A stretch of DNA of 64,000 nucleotides from a virus: positions 31,601 through 95,600 of IMG/VR virus record IMGVR_UViG_3300009996_000006; one strand, given 5' to 3'. The position numbers were made by a program, and so were the translations under genes. Under the pieces are notes generated by a model, which was not told the origin of the DNA, did not search any database, and saw only the letters and a program-made list of their open reading frames with translations. Below are positions 58,636 to 64,000 of the stretch, in pieces. Every line of letters starts with the position of its first letter. Positions within the stretch are counted from its first letter, which is position 1.

Positions 58636-59298
58636 ATGAGTACAAGTGGTAAACAAAAACAAAACAATGGTGCAATTTTTACATTGGATCAGGAGCGACC
58701 TTCAATTATTGCATCAAGTGATCGCGGTTGTACATACACTGTCAACATCACTCAAGACTTTGGTGATGCCAATACCTTTGACCATGTGATTGACCTATTG
58801 ATTAATGCTAATGAGCATGATGACATTGTGTTCAACATTAATAGTTCAGGTGGGAACTTGTTCTCATTGGTTGCTCTACAGAATGCTATTTACTCAACAC
58901 GAGCTAAATATCACATGGTTCTTATGGGTGAGGCTAGTAGTGCTGGTGGGGCATTGTTCCTAACCAAAGGTGCTTCCTCATACGCTGTTGGTGATAACAC
59001 GATGCTAATGATTCACCCTGTACAATGTGGCTCAGGCTATGGAAGTGCAACGAGTCAAGTAAATCGTGCCGAAGCAAACAAGAAATTGAATGACAAGTTT
59101 ATTCGATATACTTACGAAGGCTTCTTAACCGAAGAAGAGATTCTGGAAGTTACTAAGCACGATAAAGAGATTTATCTATTTGATGATGATATTCGTGATC
59201 GTATCGTAGAGCGTGAAAAGGTTTCTGAGCAAGAACAAGAAAAGTTGCTTGATGAGATTATCGCCTCACAAGAAGAAAAAGCAGAAGAACTTGAATAA
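58636..59298 (+). CDS. ClpP-like protease
   Basis: INSSGG, GEASSAG, LMIH. Confidence 0.8.
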   Translation: MSTSGKQKQNNGAIFTLDQERPSIIASSDRGCTYTVNITQDFGDANTFDHVIDLLINANEHDDIVFNINSSGGNLFSLVALQNAIYSTRAKYHMVLMGEASSAGGALFLTKGASSYAVGDNTMLMIHPVQCGSGYGSATSQVNRAEANKKLNDKFIRYTYEGFLTEEEILEVTKHDKEIYLFDDDIRDRIVEREKVSEQEQEKLLDEIIASQEEKAEELE

Positions 59299-59303
59299 TT
59301 AAC

Positions 59304-59328
59304 GGAGGGGTTCTGCCCCTCTTTTTTT
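59304..59328 (+). terminator. Rho-independent terminator
   Basis: GAGGGG-TTCTG-CCCCTC plus T-tract. Confidence 0.75.
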
Positions 59329-59343
59329 ACGTCTGGAGAAAAT

Positions 59344-59478
59344 ATGAAAACGATGTTAATTGTTTGTGGTTGTCTAATTGTTTTAGGTGTTTTAACACTT
59401 GATAATTCAGTTAAGGTTGTGTTAAACTCTAACTCAGTTAATAAACAAAACTCTCTAACCGAAACAGGTGGTAAATAG
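59344..59478 (+). CDS. 44-aa membrane peptide
   Basis: GGAG RBS, hydrophobic N-terminus, TAG TGA stop. Confidence 0.5.
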   Translation: MKTMLIVCGCLIVLGVLTLDNSVKVVLNSNSVNKQNSLTETGGK

Positions 59479-59828
59479 TGACAGCTCAAAATTCAATCAT
59501 GCAATATGCTATGGAACGTGCAAAGAAGTTTGCAAAAGAAAACCCTTCTAAGGCTGAACGCAAGAAGAAAGAAGTTCTTAAAAATGTTGATAAGAATGGT
59601 GTTGATGTAACCGTACTTTCAAGCGGTGGTGAGACCATGTATAAGAAATGGTTTGTGTATGTTCACACAGATACAAATAGTTCACTACCGACAGGAAAAT
59701 GGCACTTTAGAGATGCTTGTGGTAATCGAGTGTACATTAAAACCAATTTGAGAGCTATCGCTCAGGAGTTTGTGAATACATATTATGGGAAAAATAAATA
59801 TACTGTCAGCGCTTCGTCAGTGGACTAA
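59478..59828 (+). CDS. Hypothetical protein
   Basis: ORF track. Confidence 0.6.
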   Translation: MTAQNSIMQYAMERAKKFAKENPSKAERKKKEVLKNVDKNGVDVTVLSSGGETMYKKWFVYVHTDTNSSLPTGKWHFRDACGNRVYIKTNLRAIAQEFVNTYYGKNKYTVSASSVD

Positions 59829-60003
59829 GAGGTTGTTTTGTAACCACACATTTGCGATTAGTTCTACATTTTGGACTAATCGTGTTGGTTACTTTAAAAT
59901 CAAAAACAAGATTCTTGTAACCCGATGGAAATGTATCAAGTGTGATGCTATTGATGATGATTACACAATTATCGATATGTCGGAACAGAAGCCGAAAAAA
60001 TAG
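59785..60003 (+). CDS. Hypothetical small protein (RLFCNH...CIKC)
   Basis: ORF track. Confidence 0.45.
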   Translation: MGKINILSALRQWTKRLFCNHTFAISSTFWTNRVGYFKIKNKILVTRWKCIKCDAIDDDYTIIDMSEQKPKK

Positions 60004-60045
60004 GGTGTACCCCTAAATCAAATTAAATAAAATTGGAGGATTGTT

Positions 60046-60537
60046 TTGCTTAAAGAGCTTACTAAGTGTGTGCTTAATGGTGTGTCGGACGTTGGTGTAA
60101 ATGAGTTTAAATTATTCTACACCAAGTTTGTGAAGGTTGATAAAGCTGGAAATGACAACAAGCCTTGCTCACTATCAATTAAAGAATGTGGTTTCTCAAT
60201 CAAGTCACCTGTCAGCGGAAAAGGTGCTATTATCATCAAAATGGGCAATGTCTCAGATCTGATTGATAATTTCCGATTCAAAGGATTACTTGAGAGTAAA
60301 GATTCTCTAATTGGTATGGAGTTGAAGCGTGGTTGTCAATACAACCGAGAGTGGATCGCTGATCTAATCTTTGATGAAGACAATCGAGTTATTGTCAAGT
60401 CATCAAGCGGTGAATGTTATGATTCTAAGAACATTCGTGTTTATAAAGATGAGGAAAATGTCTCATCAATCTTTGATTTCTCAGCTTATTTGAAAATCTC
60501 AGATGGTGCTGGGGCGGAGGTGTTGAGAGATGGGTGA
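60046..60537 (+). CDS. Hypothetical protein
   Basis: GGAGG RBS. Confidence 0.65.
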   Translation: MLKELTKCVLNGVSDVGVNEFKLFYTKFVKVDKAGNDNKPCSLSIKECGFSIKSPVSGKGAIIIKMGNVSDLIDNFRFKGLLESKDSLIGMELKRGCQYNREWIADLIFDEDNRVIVKSSSGECYDSKNIRVYKDEENVSSIFDFSAYLKISDGAGAEVLRDG

Positions 60538-60633
60538 TTATTTATCTCTGCTTATTGCAGTTAGAAATACCCCATTGTTTTTAAAGTTCAACCACAATAA
60601 GGCTTATTTGCATACTCGACGTAGGAAGAAATA

Positions 60634-60945
60634 ATGTTTAAGAAACTTGTGGTTGAAGTTGCTCAACTGGTAGATGTTGTTTGGGATATTAGCACAATTA
60701 TTTATGATTATGTAAATAGGAATAATATCAAGCCAGTTGAGAGGTTGGTTAAGAAGAATGGTCTGGGTTGGACATTAACACACAATGCTGTGATTAGAGG
60801 TAATAAAATTACAGACGGTGTTAGAACAATTACTATTCTGAATGACGACTCTATTCTAATTGATAGAACAGGATGTGTTTTGTCTGGAAACAGGGTTTCA
60901 ATGTATTTATCAATGATGCGGGGTGAGCATGGATTCTTCAAATAG
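60634..60945 (+). CDS. Hypothetical protein
   Basis: ORF track; ends TAG TAG. Confidence 0.55.
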   Translation: MFKKLVVEVAQLVDVVWDISTIIYDYVNRNNIKPVERLVKKNGLGWTLTHNAVIRGNKITDGVRTITILNDDSILIDRTGCVLSGNRVSMYLSMMRGEHGFFK

Positions 60946-61261
60946 TAGATATATCTTTAAAGTTCTAGTTGATAACTATCAAATGGTTATTAGAACAAAC
61001 AAGGATTTACAGAGATCTTTTGATCGATTGACTGGTGGTATATACGGTGAAAATTATGTTGTTCACATGATTCAATCTTGTTTACTACACCCAGAGCTTG
61101 AGAAGTTTAAGGGTTCTCTTGTTACGGCATCACAAGTTGAAGATTTTACTTATGCTTTAATGGGTTTAATTGTTGACTACCTTAGAGCTAAGCCAGAAAT
61201 TGAACTTGCATTGTATCAATCAATTCAAATCGTAAAAGATGAGGGTAAAGATGAAGATTAA
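60923..61261 (+). CDS. Hypothetical protein
   Basis: ORF track. Confidence 0.55.
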   Translation: MSMDSSNSRYIFKVLVDNYQMVIRTNKDLQRSFDRLTGGIYGENYVVHMIQSCLLHPELEKFKGSLVTASQVEDFTYALMGLIVDYLRAKPEIELALYQSIQIVKDEGKDED

Positions 61262-61661
61262 GCTTAAACTGGTTTCTAAATTCACTCGCGCTTCTGTAGA
61301 GCAAGATACCGACTACATTTATGTCTTTGGTGACAACCTTTCAGATAGTGAGAACGGATATGTACCAAGTTACACGCAGGCTGTGATTCGTGGTCTACCT
61401 AATGCAATTGGAATTTGCACAAAGCGTGATCGATACACCAGAGATGGTAGCTATCTAAATGATGGTGACTTCGGTTGGTTTACCACCCACGTTGATTATG
61501 TTATGCATCAAATCCGAAATAGTGGTAAAGATATTGCTCTTCCGCTAATGAGTGTTGGTACTGGTAAGGCTAAATTGAAAGAAAAGTCTCCAATGTGCTA
61601 TCAGTATTTAATGAAAGCACTTAATGACCTACTGGATGAATTTGAATTGGTACAATCATGA
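61251..61661 (+). CDS. Macro-like phage protein (possible ADP-ribose binding/hydrolase)
   Basis: IYVFGDN...QA.IR..PNAIGI.TK...GTG.A.L. Confidence 0.55.
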   Translation: MKIKLKLVSKFTRASVEQDTDYIYVFGDNLSDSENGYVPSYTQAVIRGLPNAIGICTKRDRYTRDGSYLNDGDFGWFTTHVDYVMHQIRNSGKDIALPLMSVGTGKAKLKEKSPMCYQYLMKALNDLLDEFELVQS

Positions 61662-61758
61662 TCTACTCAAAACGTGATGAAAAAGACACCGAGACGATTG
61701 ATTGGGTGCAAGAAGAAACTGGTGAAGAGTACCAGAAGACTAAAAAGAATGAGGGTTA

Positions 61759-62322
61759 TTGATGACAGCTTTAATAATTAAGGAGTGGATTACAAAGGTT
61801 CTACTCTCCTTCCTCTGGAAGTTCAGATGGTGGTTTGTAGTTGGTGTTATGTTGTGCATTATCACCTTTTACAAGGGATCTTACGAAGGTGAGAAAGAAG
61901 CACACCAAAAAACAATTGTTGATAATTTGGTTAGTCTTGAAAAGATGAAAGCTGAGTCAGCAACAATTATTGCAGATGAGCGACAAAAGGCAATTGAGAG
62001 CTACCAAGCTCTTGTTTTAAAAACAAATGATATTCAGAAGAGGTATAATGATCGTGAGCAAGATCTTAACAGCGCTGTGTCTACCCTTAGTGATTCTAAT
62101 GATCGGTTGTCACAAGCAGTCAAATCCTATACAAGTTCCAGTGGTGGTAAAACGTCAAATCACACAGATGCCGAACGTTTACTTACCCTCGGAGGACTAT
62201 ATCAAACGTGCCAATCAGAACAAGACTACTTCGCTACAGAAGCTTCAAAACTAGGAAATAGTGTTCTTGCATTGAAAGAATGGGGTGAGGCTGTTGAGGA
62301 ATCGGTGAATAAAGATGAGTGA
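61759..62322 (+). CDS. i-spanin (Rz-like)
   Basis: N-terminal TM plus coiled coil, embedded lipoprotein gene. Confidence 0.75.
   Translation: MMTALIIKEWITKVLLSFLWKFRWWFVVGVMLCIITFYKGSYEGEKEAHQKTIVDNLVSLEKMKAESATIIADERQKAIESYQALVLKTNDIQKRYNDREQDLNSAVSTLSDSNDRLSQAVKSYTSSSGGKTSNHTDAERLLTLGGLYQTCQSEQDYFATEASKLGNSVLALKEWGEAVEESVNKDE
62048..62254 (+). CDS. o-spanin (Rz1-like lipoprotein), embedded in alternate frame
   Basis: GAGG RBS, signal peptide with lipobox MIG-C. Confidence 0.7.
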   Translation: MIVSKILTALCLPLVILMIGCHKQSNPIQVPVVVKRQITQMPNVYLPSEDYIKRANQNKTTSLQKLQN

Positions 62323-62800
62323 TATTTTAACATTTACAGCACCAGAAACACGATGGTTGAGTAACATGGCGTTTGTTGACATCAGACATAATGGGATATT
62401 GTATATCTCAACTGAAAACTTCTATCAGGCAATGAAGTTTGATGAAGCCGATCTTATTCGACTGAATAATGGCAACTACGTTACGAGTCTTCGTAAGCAC
62501 ATTGGTTATGAGTTATCACCTAAGCAATCTAAAGTCTTCGGTAAAAATCACCCTATGACTAATAGTGTTTTTGAGCAATGTAAATTAGACATTATGCTAT
62601 ACGCTCAGCGTGAGAAGTATAAACAAGAACCTTTCAAGTCAAGACTTCTAGAAACAGGAGATTGCCACATTGAAGAGGGTAATTGGTGGAACGATAAGTT
62701 CTGGGGTACTGATATGAAAACCAGAGAAGGTGAGAATCATCTTGGTAAGATTATCATGCAAGTTAGAGATGAACTCAGAGGTGTTAAATTTGAAAGTTAA
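62315..62800 (+). CDS. NADAR family protein
   Basis: WLSN, E.FYQAMK, M......K, LL.TG....EG..W.D.FWG, GENHLGKI.M.VR. Confidence 0.88.
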   Translation: MSDILTFTAPETRWLSNMAFVDIRHNGILYISTENFYQAMKFDEADLIRLNNGNYVTSLRKHIGYELSPKQSKVFGKNHPMTNSVFEQCKLDIMLYAQREKYKQEPFKSRLLETGDCHIEEGNWWNDKFWGTDMKTREGENHLGKIIMQVRDELRGVKFES

Positions 62801-62963
62801 GAAAGGTGAGAAAATTATCTCCATTAACGGGGCAATTGGTGATGTAGTTGAGGGCTTTCAAGGTGGGAAGTTCTTGATCACAGGAGTTGATCCCATTCAC
62901 GGAATGATTGCAAATAACTACCATGCTTTGCGGTTGGATGATATTCGACAAAAAGCATGGTAG
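62730..62963 (+). CDS. Hypothetical protein (start probably near 62790)
   Basis: ORF track. Confidence 0.45.
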   Translation: MRIILVRLSCKLEMNSEVLNLKVKKGEKIISINGAIGDVVEGFQGGKFLITGVDPIHGMIANNYHALRLDDIRQKAW

Positions 62964-63014
62964 TTATTTAGTTGCTAACTATGGTAGAATTGATTTGAAA
63001 GTTGAGGTGGTTGT

Positions 63015-63251
63015 TTGACTTGTAAAAATTGTAAATGTTTTTGTTATCCAAAGGTAGAGGTTAGTGGTGGTTATCAACCTAGACCAAAACCACCAGTTAT
63101 TAACCAAGAGACGCTTATTCCACCACCGCCAGCACCACCAGAAAACATTAAGGTTAGTGACCTTGACTTAATTTCACTAGGTTTAATTATGTATATTGGA
63201 TCAATTATTGTTTCTGGTCTAATTGGTTATTTTATAGGAGTTAGCGTTTGA
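63015..63251 (+). CDS. Pro-rich membrane protein
   Basis: GAGG RBS, GGYQP, C-terminal TM. Confidence 0.55.
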   Translation: MTCKNCKCFCYPKVEVSGGYQPRPKPPVINQETLIPPPPAPPENIKVSDLDLISLGLIMYIGSIIVSGLIGYFIGVSV

Positions 63252-63483
63252 TGATTTATAAATTTAATTTATTTAATTATGTCGGTGGTTTCACTATATT
63301 ATTCTTCTTTATCGCGTTTTGGGTTTGGAGTAGAGTTCTTGGTGTCTATGTGGAAATGTAACCAGTAATGACAATTATTCCAATTTTGATGGTCATTGGT
63401 TTATTTTCTTTGGCTATCGCAGACAATGAACTAAAGCTTCTTTCGGATGAGTTAAAAGAGATTGATGAGAGGTTTGAGAAAGA

Positions 63484-63717
63484 ATGAATCAAGTGATTTT
63501 ACGTGTTAAGAAGTACACACGACGACAACTTCGTAGTCTTCGACATGCTATAGATGCTTCCGAGACAATACTTCAACACATGACGATTGGTTATAAGGCT
63601 TTCTTGTTCTTTATCATCTTATTCCCATTGATATTCATGGTTGGGTTCATGGTTGGGTGCTTAACACTAACAAATCCAATTCATAAAGGTATTGATTTTC
63701 TTGAGGATGTATCATGA
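63484..63717 (+). CDS. Membrane protein
   Basis: ORF track, TM segment. Confidence 0.55.
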   Translation: MNQVILRVKKYTRRQLRSLRHAIDASETILQHMTIGYKAFLFFIILFPLIFMVGFMVGCLTLTNPIHKGIDFLEDVS

Positions 63718-64000
63718 AGTTAGATAATAAACTGATTATTGTGATGCGTAATAGAAACGCTGTGAGAAAAACCATTGGGTTTGTTGAAGAGAAGCTTGAA
63801 CAGATCCTAAAGAAAGTCGAGCAAGATATGATATTCGACGGTTGTAAGAAGGTTAATCGTTATCATGAGTTCTTTCCACATCTTGCTTTTGCGGACACAC
63901 CAGATGTGATTTTTAGACAGATTGGTAATGGTGTTAGAGCCAAGTATGAGATTGAGATGAAAATCAAGTGTTCTTCTTACTGGTTCAGACGAAAGTTTAA
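63714..64000 (+). CDS. Hypothetical protein, truncated by window end
   Basis: GAGGA RBS, ATGA overlap. Confidence 0.5.
   Translation, partial: MKLDNKLIIVMRNRNAVRKTIGFVEEKLEQILKKVEQDMIFDGCKKVNRYHEFFPHLAFADTPDVIFRQIGNGVRAKYEIEMKIKCSSYWFRRKF

Noticed and set aside
52062..60941. Short minus-strand ORFs in the right arm
   Set aside because: Antisense shadows of plus-strand genes.
1..64000. Genome-wide TAG reassignment (code 15)
   Set aside because: Core genes are intact in code 11 and no TAG-fragmented genes were seen apart from the local cases reported.

Overview
This is a 64-kb slice of an AT-rich, lytic-type dsDNA myovirus genome; no integrase or repressor is seen in this window. The host is probably Acinetobacter/Moraxellaceae, inferred only from tail-region protein families recalled from memory. 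The minus strand (1-50.3 kb) carries nucleotide and replication genes (nrdA, nucleases, SSB-like protein, family-B DNA polymerase, primase-helicase, dCMP deaminase), a complete contractile-tail morphogenesis module, terminase, endolysin and a 26-tRNA cluster. The plus strand (50.8-64 kb) carries a helicase, ligase, phosphatase, GroES-like protein, PhoH, ClpP, spanins, NADAR and many small ORFs. Mobile elements are two group I introns (polymerase and TerL; splice sites fixed by P1/P10 pairing), two class-3 inteins and several free-standing homing endonucleases. Highlights: (1) an amber-suppressor tRNA(CUA) 15 nt upstream of a gene with a strong RBS and an in-frame TAG at codon 4, suggesting a suppressor-gated gene; (2) a ~550-nt highly structured non-coding RNA candidate inside the tRNA cluster; (3) a duplicated baseplate-region cassette with an identical 39-aa N-terminus and variable inovirus/TspB-like bodies, bounded by exact 130-bp and 55-bp repeats; (4) eight TTGACA promoters that all have a 16-bp spacer. 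All calls are by eye; no searches were run.
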